Positions 37,296 through 46,364 of a stretch of 64,000 bases of DNA are shown piece after piece; position 1 is the first letter of the stretch; each line of letters opens with the position of its first letter. The notes beneath the pieces are model-generated. The model had not been told where the DNA came from and did not search any database. It was given only the letters and a program-made list of their open reading frames with translations. Position numbers and translations under genes: made by a program. The DNA comes from Planctomycetota bacterium (GTDB taxonomy: Bacteria > Planctomycetota > SZUA-567 > H5-PLA8): the NCBI GenBank assembly GCA_038227875.1, contig JBBRPR010000020.1:32001-96000 (forward strand). Direction: 5' to 3'.

Positions 37296-38108
37296 ATGCG
37301 CGTCATCATCCAACCCAACGCTCAGAAGGCCGGCGAGTGGGCCGCAGCGTACATTGCGCGCGGAGTCAAGCGCGCGGCGCCGAGCGCCAAAAAGCCATAC
37401 GTGCTGGGCTTGCCCACGGGCAGTTCGCCGATTCCCACCTACGCCCGCATGGTGGCGTTGAACAAGGCCGGCGCGCTGCCGTTCGCCAACGTGATCACCT
37501 TCAACATGGATGAGTACGTTGCGCTCCCGGAATCGCATCCAGAGAGTTACCATTCCTTCATGCGGCGCCATCTGTTCGACCACGTCGACGCGAAGCCGGA
37601 GAACATCAATATTCTCAACGGCAACGCGCCGGATCTGGAGGCCGAATGCCACACCTATGAGGAGAAGATCAAGCGCTGCGGCGGAATCGATCTGTTTCTC
37701 GGCGGCATCGGTCCGGACGGTCACATCGCCTTCAACGAGCCCGCATCGTCGCTGGCCTCACGCACGCGCATCAAAACACTGACGCAGGACACGCGCATCG
37801 CCAACTCGCGGTTCTTCAACAACGATCCGGAGCAGGTGCCGAAGCTGGCGCTGACCGTCGGCGTCGCGACCGTAATGGACGCGCGCATAGTTCTGCTGAT
37901 TGTGACCGGGCATGGCAAATCGCGTGCGCTGGCCGAAGTGGTCGAGCACGGCGTGAATCACATGTGGACGGTTTCCGCGCTGCAACTGCACCCCAAGGGC
38001 ATCATTGTCTGCGACGACGCGGCGACGGTGGAACTGAAGGTGGGCACGGTGAATTACTTCAAGGATATTGAGCGCGAGAATTTGGATCCGGAGCGGCTGC
38101 TGGGATGA
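37296..38108 (+). CDS. nagB: Glucosamine-6-phosphate deaminase
   Basis: [46 protein letters not shown] and SALQLH. Confidence 0.97.
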   Translation: MRVIIQPNAQKAGEWAAAYIARGVKRAAPSAKKPYVLGLPTGSSPIPTYARMVALNKAGALPFANVITFNMDEYVALPESHPESYHSFMRRHLFDHVDAKPENINILNGNAPDLEAECHTYEEKIKRCGGIDLFLGGIGPDGHIAFNEPASSLASRTRIKTLTQDTRIANSRFFNNDPEQVPKLALTVGVATVMDARIVLLIVTGHGKSRALAEVVEHGVNHMWTVSALQLHPKGIIVCDDAATVELKVGTVNYFKDIERENLDPERLLG

Positions 38109-38110
38109 GT

Positions 38111-38836
38111 CTACATCTTAGCGATCCACTCCTGCACCACATCACGGTTGGTGACCCAGAAGAAGAATGTCGACGCCAGAATCGCGTGTGAGATCGCAAT
38201 CGGTATGACGTAGCGGTCGCGGTGGTACGAGTAGCTCCAGAAAATGCCGCCGAGGATCGTCACCGCTGTCAGCTCCGGCGCGGGCAGATGGCACAATCCG
38301 TAGAGCACGCCATTGATGATGCTGATCGTCAGCGGCGATGCGAACGGCAGCAGCGCGCGCAAGCGGCCCAGTAGATAGAACTGGAAAAGCGTCTGTTGCA
38401 GGAGCGCCCAGGGAAGATAGGCGCACAAGGCCGTCAGGAAATGCAGGCTGAACATCGGGACGTGCGGCTCTTTGAAGACGTCGAAGTGGCGGCAGAGAAT
38501 ACCGATGATCAGAAATCCGACCGCGGGCGGCACGGTGAAGAAGGACGTGTTGATCGCGCAGCGGCGGATGCGGTCGAACGGCGGCGAGGTCACCGGACCC
38601 CAGATGCGTTCTTCCGTTTCTTTCGCGGTGAAGCCGACCAGGCCCAAACCGACCAGCGCCATTCCCAGGTAAATGCCCTGCTTGGTCTGCGGATCCTTGG
38701 GAACGAAAATCAGGAACAGGGCGGTGAGCACCGATAAAATGCTCAGCTCCGTCGCGACGCGCAGCCGCAAACCATTGGGCGGGTGCGGCATTCCATTGGG
38801 ATAGACGGCTCCGGCCACGGCTTTTTGCTCCAGCAA
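38111..38836 (-). CDS. CPBP/Abi (CAAX protease-like) membrane protein with a variant motif 1
   Basis: Multi-TM; LQQTLFQ (EExxxR position), YGLCH and ISHAIL motifs. Confidence 0.7.
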   Translation of the reverse strand: MLEQKAVAGAVYPNGMPHPPNGLRLRVATELSILSVLTALFLIFVPKDPQTKQGIYLGMALVGLGLVGFTAKETEERIWGPVTSPPFDRIRRCAINTSFFTVPPAVGFLIIGILCRHFDVFKEPHVPMFSLHFLTALCAYLPWALLQQTLFQFYLLGRLRALLPFASPLTISIINGVLYGLCHLPAPELTAVTILGGIFWSYSYHRDRYVIPIAISHAILASTFFFWVTNRDVVQEWIAKM

Positions 38837-39174
38837 CTAGCCCCAATAACTACTGCCTTGGGGAAAGGGTATCGGTGGCACGAAAAATAGTGTACTCAGG
38901 ATCGATCCTGTTTCAACGGTCCTGAAGCACCTTATCTGATACATGCAAACATCCGTTGCGTCACCGGCGCGCGCACACGCAGAAACCGACGTTTGATTGC
39001 CGGACGAAAAGTCCTGGCGTTGCCTTCTGTTGTGGGTTATTCGTTCTTTTTGTTCTGTTGAGTTCTCAATTTTTAAACACTATGCTGGAAAAACACACAA
39101 CTACAGATTAGTTTCAGAGCTGTCTCTAAATGCGCGGTTCATCAGGGATGCCTGGCAGTCGAGGAATTGTTCCC

Positions 39175-41100
39175 ATGCAATTAGAGCCACTGAAGCTGCT
39201 GCTGGTGGAAGCGTCCTCCGACGCGGCGTTGCTGATTGAACGCGAAGTCAAAGCCGCGGGGCACGAAACGCTCTGCGTAAACGTTAATTCCAGCGCGCGG
39301 TTGCAGGAGGAATTGAAGCGCGCGGCCTGGGACATAGTCATCGCTGACTATGCGCTACCGGGCTTCAGCGGGCTGGAAGCGATCTCGCTGGTCAAGCAGA
39401 TTCAATTCGATCTGCCAATCATCATTGTTTCCGGAACCGCCGGCGAGGAAGCCGCCGTCGCGGCGATGAAAGCGGGCGCCAGCGATTTCGTGCTGAAGGG
39501 CCGGCTCTCGCGGCTGGTTCCGTCGATCGAGCGGGAGATCCGCGAATACCGCCAGCGCCTCGCGCACCGCCAGACCCGCATCAAGCTGCTGGACATGCAG
39601 GAGAATTTCCGGGCGTTCATGAACAACAGCCCGGTCATCGCGTTCCTTAAAGATCGCGACGGGCGAATCGTGTACGCCAACGAAACGTTCGAGCGCGTCT
39701 TCAAAATGGATGCGGCGGCGTATATGGGTAAAACCGTCGACGAACTGTATTCACCCGAGTTCGCCGAGCAATACCGCCGCAACGATACCTATGTGCTCGA
39801 ACACAACCGCCCGCTGGAAGTAATCGAGACGGTGATGCATTCCGACGGCGTGCATCACTGGCTGATCACGAAGTTTCCGCTGATCAAGTCCGAAGGTCCG
39901 CCACTGCTGGGCGCCATCGGGATTGACATCACCGAGCGCCGCCGACTGGAAGAGCAGCTCCGGCAATCGCAGAAGATGGAAGCCATCGGGCATCTGGCCG
40001 GCGGCGTGGCGCACGATTTTAACAACCTGCTGACGATCATCATGGGCCGCGCCGATCTGCTCCTGCGCGGCATGGAGCAGGCCGATCCCACGCGCGGTGA
40101 ACTGGCGCTTATTTATTCCACTGCCGAGCGCGCCGGCGTGCTCACGCGGCAGCTCCTGCAATTCAGCCGCCAGCAGATGCTGACGCCCCGGGTCATCAAC
40201 CTGAACGAGGTGATCGTCGACGTGAAGGAGATGCTCTGCCGGCTGATCGGGGAAGACATCGAGCTGGTGACGCGCCTGGAACCGCAGCTCGTGCCGGTCT
40301 CCGCAGATGCCAGCCAGATTCAGCAGATCATCTTAAATCTGGCCGTGAATGCCCGCGACGCCATGAAGGATGGCGGACGGCTGCTGATCGAAACCGGGAA
40401 CATCGAACTGGACGAAGAGTACGCCATGCGCCACGTCTCGGTGGTGCCGGGAAAGTATGCGGTCTTGAGCGTCTCAGACACCGGCTGCGGCATGGACGAG
40501 AAAGTCCGCGCGCGGCTCTTCGAGCCGTTCTTCACCACCAAGGAAATGGGGAAGGGGACCGGGTTGGGGTTGTCGACGGTCTATGGCATCGTCAAACAAA
40601 GCGGCGGAAACATCTGGGTCTACAGCGAACCCGGCCGCGGCTCGGCGTTCAAAGTCTATCTGCCCGCCTCCAAGGACACCAAGGTCGTCAGTGCCGCCTC
40701 CAGCGCCGAGCTGCCATCCGTGCAGACGGGGTCGCAGGTCGTCCTGGTAGCGGAGGACGAAAGTGCCGTCTGCGAGTTGATCGCGGAAGTGCTGACGGTC
40801 GCCGGCTACACCGTGCTCACCGCCGGCAACGGCGAAGACGCGCTAACGGTCAGCGCGGAGTATAATGGGGAGATTCATCTGCTGGTGACCGACCTGGTAA
40901 TGCCGCGCTTGAGCGGCAGCGCGCTGGCCGCGCAGCTCAAGCCATTGCGCCCGTCGATCAAGGTGCTCTTCATGTCCGGCTATGCCAGCAATATGACCGA
41001 CCGCATCGGCATTCCAGACGGCATGTTCTATCTGGATAAACCCTTCACACCCGACAAGCTGATCCGACGCGTGAAAGAGGCGCTCGCCAGTACTCCCTGA
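39175..41100 (+). CDS. Cytoplasmic hybrid histidine kinase (REC-PAS-HisKA-HATPase-REC, CckA-like)
   Basis: QSQKMEAIGHLAGGVAHDFNNLL, NLAVNARDAM, DTGCGM, FEPFFTTK, GTGLGL; receiver domains at both ends; no TM helix. Confidence 0.95.
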   Translation: MQLEPLKLLLVEASSDAALLIEREVKAAGHETLCVNVNSSARLQEELKRAAWDIVIADYALPGFSGLEAISLVKQIQFDLPIIIVSGTAGEEAAVAAMKAGASDFVLKGRLSRLVPSIEREIREYRQRLAHRQTRIKLLDMQENFRAFMNNSPVIAFLKDRDGRIVYANETFERVFKMDAAAYMGKTVDELYSPEFAEQYRRNDTYVLEHNRPLEVIETVMHSDGVHHWLITKFPLIKSEGPPLLGAIGIDITERRRLEEQLRQSQKMEAIGHLAGGVAHDFNNLLTIIMGRADLLLRGMEQADPTRGELALIYSTAERAGVLTRQLLQFSRQQMLTPRVINLNEVIVDVKEMLCRLIGEDIELVTRLEPQLVPVSADASQIQQIILNLAVNARDAMKDGGRLLIETGNIELDEEYAMRHVSVVPGKYAVLSVSDTGCGMDEKVRARLFEPFFTTKEMGKGTGLGLSTVYGIVKQSGGNIWVYSEPGRGSAFKVYLPASKDTKVVSAASSAELPSVQTGSQVVLVAEDESAVCELIAEVLTVAGYTVLTAGNGEDALTVSAEYNGEIHLLVTDLVMPRLSGSALAAQLKPLRPSIKVLFMSGYASNMTDRIGIPDGMFYLDKPFTPDKLIRRVKEALASTP

Positions 41101-41108
41101 CAACAAAG

Positions 41109-41141
41109 AAAAACGCGGGGCAGTTTGCCCCGCGCCTTTTT
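41109..41141. terminator. Bidirectional intrinsic terminator
   Basis: AAAAA-CGCGGGGCA-GTT-TGCCCCGCG-CCTTTTT between convergent genes. Confidence 0.8.
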
Positions 41142-41163
41142 GGCTGCGTGAGTTTTCCTTCAT

Positions 41164-43221
41164 TTAGCCCTGGGTCTTGCTCGCCGCTGTCTTTTCTTTG
41201 CGGGCCTGAGCTTCGGCCTTTGTGGCTTCCGCTTTCGCCGCGCGTTCCTGCTGCTTGGCTTCGGTCTGCTGGCGCGCCGCGGCCTGGCGGGCTTCCTGCG
41301 CGGCCTTCGTCGCTGCCGCCTTTTCCGCGGCCTGCTTCTGCTGTTCAGCGCGGACGTTCTGGGCCTGGACCTTCGCCGCTTCGTTCTGCGCGGCCCGTTC
41401 CTTCGCCTGTTGCTGAGCCTGCGCCTGGCGCTGTTCCTGCGCAACCTTCGTTGCCGCGGCCTTTTCCGCCGCCTGCTTCTGTTGTTCAGCCCGGAGGTTC
41501 TGGGCCTGGACCTTCGCTGCTTCGTTCTGTGCAGCCCGTTCCTTCGCCTGTTGCTGAGCCTGCGCCTGGCGCTGATCCTGAGCGGCCTTCGTTGCCGCGG
41601 CTTTTTCCGCGGCCTGCTTCTGCTGCTCCGCGCGGAGGTTCTGGGCCTGGACCTTCGCCGCTTCGTTCTGCGCGGCCCGCTCCTTCGCCTGTTGCTGAGC
41701 CTGCGCCTGGCGCTGATCCTGAGCGGCCTTCGTCGCGGCGGCTTTGTCGGCCGCTTGCTTCTGCTGTTCCGCGCGGAGGTTCTGCGCCTGGACCTTTGCC
41801 GCTTCATTCTTGGCGGCGCGTTCCTGTGCCTGCTGCTGAGCGAGCGCCTGGCGTTGATCCTGCGCGGCCTTCGTTGCAGCAGCCTTCTCGGCGGCCTTCT
41901 GTTGCTGTTCGGCGCGGAGATTCTGAGCCTGGAGCTTCGCGGCTTCGGTCTTCGCGGCGCGGTCGGACTGAGCTTGCACGCGCTGCGCTTCGCGCTGAGC
42001 CACTGCGTCCTGCAACTTCTGGCGCGCTTCCTGGCGCTTCTGTTCTTCCGCGGCGCGGCGTTCCTGGATCACCAGCGGATTGACGGGCGCCTTGGCATCG
42101 ATCTGCGGGCGGAAGGTCACCAGCTGATCGCCCTGGCGGTGGTCGTGGGGAATCTGCTGGCCGATGTCCACTCGGGCGTCGGCGATCTGCACGGGGCGGA
42201 TCGTCTGGTGCGTGTAGCTTTCAATCCGGTTCACCGGGATGCCGGCGTTGACGACATGGTGGTCGCGGTACTGGTAGGTGTTGCCCAGGTTGATGCTGAT
42301 GTTGAAGACATTCTTCACTCGGGACTGGGGCAGCAGGCACGTTCCGACGTCCGTGGCGAGGAAGCGGTCGGACGGGACGAAGTTGTAGTCCGCATCGCGC
42401 AGGCCGAAGTCGCAATTGGTTCCCGCCAGATTGCCGTGGAATTCCAGGCCGACCTTTTCGTCGAAGCGCGCCTCGGGGGGCAGCGGCGCCCAACCGTAGG
42501 CATCGTTGGTCTGGCGGAAGTTCACCCAGGCCGGCGCCCACTTCGTATCCGGCACCCACACCCAGCGCTGTGCCGAACCGCGCGCCCAGCGGCCGTAGTG
42601 GAACGCCGCCCAGCTCCAGTTGTATGACGATTCCCAGTACCAGCCCTGATTGGTGTAGGTCCAGTGGCCGTGCTGAGCATACGGGCGCCAGTCGCTATGC
42701 GTGTCGGCCACCGTCGGCGTCCACACCCAGCCGTAAGACGGATCGTTGTGCCAGTTGCCATCCGGCGCGAGCGCCTGGTAGAAGAAGCTGACATTCATGT
42801 CGCTGTTCTGCGGCACAGTCACCGGCGGTTCGACCACCGGCGTAGTCTGCAGCAGCGTGCTGGCCGGAGTGTACGCGACCGGCAGTGTCTGCGCGGCGGG
42901 CGTCGACGTAGTCGTCGGATCGCTGATCAAGCTCGACAGGCTCGGCTGCGTGGTATCAGTGTTGTCGACAATCTTGCCGTGGTTGATCATCTCCAGGATC
43001 ACGGCATCGGAGACGTTCTCGCGTTCCAGGCGGATGATGTCGTCGGAGGTCAGTTCGTACTGCCGGCCGGCGTTGTCGATGTAGGCGGTGATCACCGGTT
43101 CGCTGACCCCGGCGCTGACCATGCGTTCGATTTCGGTCACTTCCTCACCGGCATGGACGGCGGTCATTCCCATCAAGAATCCCATCGTGAGCGTGGCGAT
43201 CAGTGCTTTTAAGCTTTTCAT
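41164..43221 (-). CDS. Secreted DUF6600-like protein with a C-terminal Ala/Gln/Lys-rich helical repeat tail
   Basis: Signal peptide; FYQALAPDGNW...YGWVWTP...WRPY..GHW...GWYWES...WAAFHYGRW...WAPAWV...GWAPLPP. Confidence 0.85.
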   Translation of the reverse strand: MKSLKALIATLTMGFLMGMTAVHAGEEVTEIERMVSAGVSEPVITAYIDNAGRQYELTSDDIIRLERENVSDAVILEMINHGKIVDNTDTTQPSLSSLISDPTTTSTPAAQTLPVAYTPASTLLQTTPVVEPPVTVPQNSDMNVSFFYQALAPDGNWHNDPSYGWVWTPTVADTHSDWRPYAQHGHWTYTNQGWYWESSYNWSWAAFHYGRWARGSAQRWVWVPDTKWAPAWVNFRQTNDAYGWAPLPPEARFDEKVGLEFHGNLAGTNCDFGLRDADYNFVPSDRFLATDVGTCLLPQSRVKNVFNISINLGNTYQYRDHHVVNAGIPVNRIESYTHQTIRPVQIADARVDIGQQIPHDHRQGDQLVTFRPQIDAKAPVNPLVIQERRAAEEQKRQEARQKLQDAVAQREAQRVQAQSDRAAKTEAAKLQAQNLRAEQQQKAAEKAAATKAAQDQRQALAQQQAQERAAKNEAAKVQAQNLRAEQQKQAADKAAATKAAQDQRQAQAQQQAKERAAQNEAAKVQAQNLRAEQQKQAAEKAAATKAAQDQRQAQAQQQAKERAAQNEAAKVQAQNLRAEQQKQAAEKAAATKVAQEQRQAQAQQQAKERAAQNEAAKVQAQNVRAEQQKQAAEKAAATKAAQEARQAAARQQTEAKQQERAAKAEATKAEAQARKEKTAASKTQG
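41265..41960 (-). repeat. About five tandem 141-bp (47-aa) intragenic repeats
   Basis: Unit AAQNEAAKVQAQNLRAEQQKQAAEKAAATKAAQDQRQAQAQQQAKER; the DNA motif recurs at 141-bp spacing (e.g. 41356 and 41497). Confidence 0.9.
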
Positions 43222-43440
43222 GGTTGAGTCCCTGAAGTTTGCTTTTGAAAGTCGTTCTTGTCTCTCCACTTCTCTAGTCGAATCAGACGATTCAAATATT
43301 CATTTGAGTTTTTGATATTCTGGATGACAGAATTGATAACATATTGATTATAAACAAGTTAAAATATTAAATATTATCGATAATTAGAGAGTGTCCGTGC
43401 GTTCGCAGGCGGGAACATGTGCAGAAGTGAACGAAGCAGT

Positions 43441-43519
43441 GGTCAAAAGTCAACATAGGGAAAATTTTCCCTATGCTGAAACGGTCATTTTGACCTGTGG
43501 GCCACGTGGCCCACAGGTC
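43441..43519. repeat. Nested palindromes, including copy 4 of the GACCT-N18-AGGTC element
   Basis: GGTCAAAA/TTTTGACC (43441-43495) brackets a perfect 22-bp CATAGGGAAAATTTTCCCTATG (43454-43475); a perfect 28-bp GACCTGTGGGCCACGTGGCCCACAGGTC follows (43492-43519). Confidence 0.85.
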
Positions 43520-43616
43520 CGTTCCAGAAGTCGAAAATCCTCCTATATATTGTCACTCTACCTCTAAACCGCGCTGCTTTCTGACCGATGAAGCCCGGGT
43601 GAGAGGTGCTGTGTCT

Positions 43617-46271
43617 ATGCCGATGGATAATAATTACCTGAAGACCAAGCCGCCCGCTTCCGGGGCGCCCACGGTGTTGACGCCGCCTCCGGTGCCTTCC
43701 CAACCGCCGGTCGATTCCGGAATCCACTACCCGACCGTACCGCTGCCCGAATCCGCCTCGAAGCTTGCCGTCTCGCCCTCTTCCGGTGGCGCTCTTCACG
43801 AACTGTCCGCCGGCTGGATGCTCGACGACCTCTCCAATGACGTTTTGCTGGCGCTGGTGCCGCGCACGCAGATCAACGGCCGCCCGCATCCGCTGCTTGA
43901 TGGCGTGCTCCTCTCCCGCAAACTCGGTCAGGGCGGAATGGGTGCGGTGTACATGGGCTTCCATCGCCGCCTCGGGAAAAAAGTCGCGGTCAAAGTGCTG
44001 CCGCTCCAGGGCGCCATGCAGCCGCAGACCGTGCAGCGTTTTTATCGTGAAGCCCAACTCGCCGCGCAGGTCCAGTCGCCGCATCTCGTCGGCGTGCTGG
44101 ACGTCAACGAACAGAACGGCCTCTCGTACATTGTGATGGAACTGGTTGAAGGCCCGTCTGCGCAGGAAGTGCTGATGCGCGCCCGCAGCGAAGGCCAGCG
44201 CGGACTGCCCGAAGCGCTCGCGCTCGACATCTGCATCGCAGCTTCGCGCGGGATCTCCGCGGCACACACGGCGGGGATCATTCACCGCGACATCAAGCCC
44301 GACAATATTCTTCTGCCGGGCAATCTCGAAAAACAAGGAGCCTTCGATGCGCTTTCTGCAAAGCTTGCTGACTTGGGTCTGGCACGCCAGGAACACGCCG
44401 AACCGGCCCTTACCGGTACGCATGGTGGCATGGGCACGCCGGGATACATGGCCCCGGAACAGGCGCTGAACGCCGGCACCGCCGGCAAAGCCGCCGACGT
44501 TTTCGGACTCGGCGCGACCCTCTACGCGCTGCTCTGCGGACACGCGCCGTTCCACGATGCCGAAGCGATGCAGATCATCGTCGCGACCCTGCAGCAGCCG
44601 CATGTTCAGGCTCAGAATCTGCGCCGCGATGTTTCGTTCGCGAGCAACGCGCTGCTGGAACGTTGCCTGCACAAGGATCCGCAGTACCGCTTCACTGACG
44701 GCACCGCGCTGTTAAATGCCCTGATCGACTGCCGCAATGTCTATCAGAATCCGCCCGAGAAACAGAAGTCGACCGTGAAGCGTTGGAACGATTTACTCAC
44801 CGCGCTTCCGCCGTCCGCCGGCGGACCCGGAACGGACCTGGCTTCGCGGCCATCGCGCCAGAGCGACACCGGCAAGCTGACGCTCGTCGACACAGCCGTG
44901 AACGTGCTGCGGCGCGGCGCGGATCGGGTTTCGTACTGGCGCGCGATGTCGCGCGGTCGCGGGCAGCTCAAGCGCATGCGCTGGACGCAGGCCGAGGACA
45001 GTTTCCGCCTGGCCCTGCGCTGCGTGCCCGATGACAAGCGCGCGCAGGAAGGCGTCGACGAAGCTCTCTCCGGCGCTTCCGAAACCCGCTTCAAAATCGC
45101 GCTGGCCGAAGCGGAGAAACTGGCCAACACGGAAAACTGGGACGCCGCGAAGGAAGCCTATCAGCGTGCGCTCTCGGAACGGCCGCAGCACCCCGGAGCG
45201 ATGGACGGCCGCGGCCGCGCGCTTTATCAGCAGGCGATGCGGCAGGCGCGCACGGAACTCGACGCCGTCAAACCCGACGCGCGCGGTTACTACACCGACC
45301 TAGACGTCGCCCGCCGCAACCGCGTGGAATGCGCACTGACTGAAGCGCTGAATGCGCTGCCCAACGATCGCGCCGCGATGGAATTGGTCGAACGCGTCGG
45401 CGATCCGCGCGAAGTCTATCTGGATCTCGGCGAAGGCGTGAACATCGCGCTCGTCCGCGTGCGCGAAGGCGAATTCGACATGGGCAGCCAGGAAGGCGGC
45501 CAGCACGAACGACCCGCGCGGCGCGTGAAGATTGGACGCACGTACTACCTCGCCAAATCGCCGATCACGGTCAAACAGTTCAGCCGCTTCGTCCAGAAAA
45601 CAAGCTACATCTCCGCCGCTGAACGCGCCGGTAAGGGCTTGGGGATCTCCGGCGCCGATTGGGGTTTGCTGCCGGGCGTGAGCTGGAAGCAGCCCGGTTA
45701 CAGCCAGACCGACGATCATCCGGCGGTGCTGCTCTCATGGTTCGACGCGCAGGTCTTCTGCACGTGGCTGGCGCGCAACGCCGCCGTCTCATGGACGTCG
45801 CGGCAGAAGCATTTCATTCCCACGTTGCCGAGCGAAGCGCAGTGGGAGTACGCCACCCGCGGTCCGCAGAGCCTGCGTTATGCGTGGGGGCAGATCTGGG
45901 ACGGCCAGAAAGCCAATCATGCGGACGCCAGTTTGAGTTCGCGCGGAACGCTGTTGATGTGCAGCAACGACAACGACGGATTCCCCTTCGCATCGCCCGT
46001 CGGGCGCTTCGACAATGCCAGCTGGTGCGGGGCGCAGGATCTGATCGGCAACGTCTGGGAATGGTGCCACGATTGGTACGCCGATGACTACTATCAGATC
46101 GCCGGAAACGCCGATCCGCGCGGGCCGGAGAAGGGGACCAAGCGCATCATCCGCGGCGGCTCGTGGGCCGACATGCCGATGAAGTGCCGCGCCTACACGC
46201 GCCGCGGCGCGCCGCCCGAAGGCGCCGCGACCAACGTCGGCTTCCGCATCGCCGTCTCGTTCCAGATGTAA
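43617..46271 (+). CDS. Ser/Thr protein kinase with TPRs and a C-terminal FGE-sulfatase (SUMF1) domain
   Basis: LGQGGMGAVY, VAVK, HRDIKPDN, DLG, GTPGYMAPE; C-terminal FDMGS...LPSEAQWEYA...GNVWEWC...RGGSW...NVGFR. Confidence 0.92.
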   Translation: MPMDNNYLKTKPPASGAPTVLTPPPVPSQPPVDSGIHYPTVPLPESASKLAVSPSSGGALHELSAGWMLDDLSNDVLLALVPRTQINGRPHPLLDGVLLSRKLGQGGMGAVYMGFHRRLGKKVAVKVLPLQGAMQPQTVQRFYREAQLAAQVQSPHLVGVLDVNEQNGLSYIVMELVEGPSAQEVLMRARSEGQRGLPEALALDICIAASRGISAAHTAGIIHRDIKPDNILLPGNLEKQGAFDALSAKLADLGLARQEHAEPALTGTHGGMGTPGYMAPEQALNAGTAGKAADVFGLGATLYALLCGHAPFHDAEAMQIIVATLQQPHVQAQNLRRDVSFASNALLERCLHKDPQYRFTDGTALLNALIDCRNVYQNPPEKQKSTVKRWNDLLTALPPSAGGPGTDLASRPSRQSDTGKLTLVDTAVNVLRRGADRVSYWRAMSRGRGQLKRMRWTQAEDSFRLALRCVPDDKRAQEGVDEALSGASETRFKIALAEAEKLANTENWDAAKEAYQRALSERPQHPGAMDGRGRALYQQAMRQARTELDAVKPDARGYYTDLDVARRNRVECALTEALNALPNDRAAMELVERVGDPREVYLDLGEGVNIALVRVREGEFDMGSQEGGQHERPARRVKIGRTYYLAKSPITVKQFSRFVQKTSYISAAERAGKGLGISGADWGLLPGVSWKQPGYSQTDDHPAVLLSWFDAQVFCTWLARNAAVSWTSRQKHFIPTLPSEAQWEYATRGPQSLRYAWGQIWDGQKANHADASLSSRGTLLMCSNDNDGFPFASPVGRFDNASWCGAQDLIGNVWEWCHDWYADDYYQIAGNADPRGPEKGTKRIIRGGSWADMPMKCRAYTRRGAPPEGAATNVGFRIAVSFQM

Positions 46272-46364
46272 TCCCGAAAAGCGTCCGGCAGTTCCGCATT
46301 CGCTAACGCGCCCTGCTTCGACTAAAATCAGCGCCTCACTTACGAAGACTGGCATTGAGGCGTC

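Noticed and set aside
41265..41960. Possible CRISPR array
   Set aside because: The repeats are contiguous, in frame and lack unique spacers; no cas genes in the window.
41148..42627. Arg-, Pro- or Leu-rich repetitive ORFs in alternative frames
   Set aside because: By-products of the 141-bp coding repeat.
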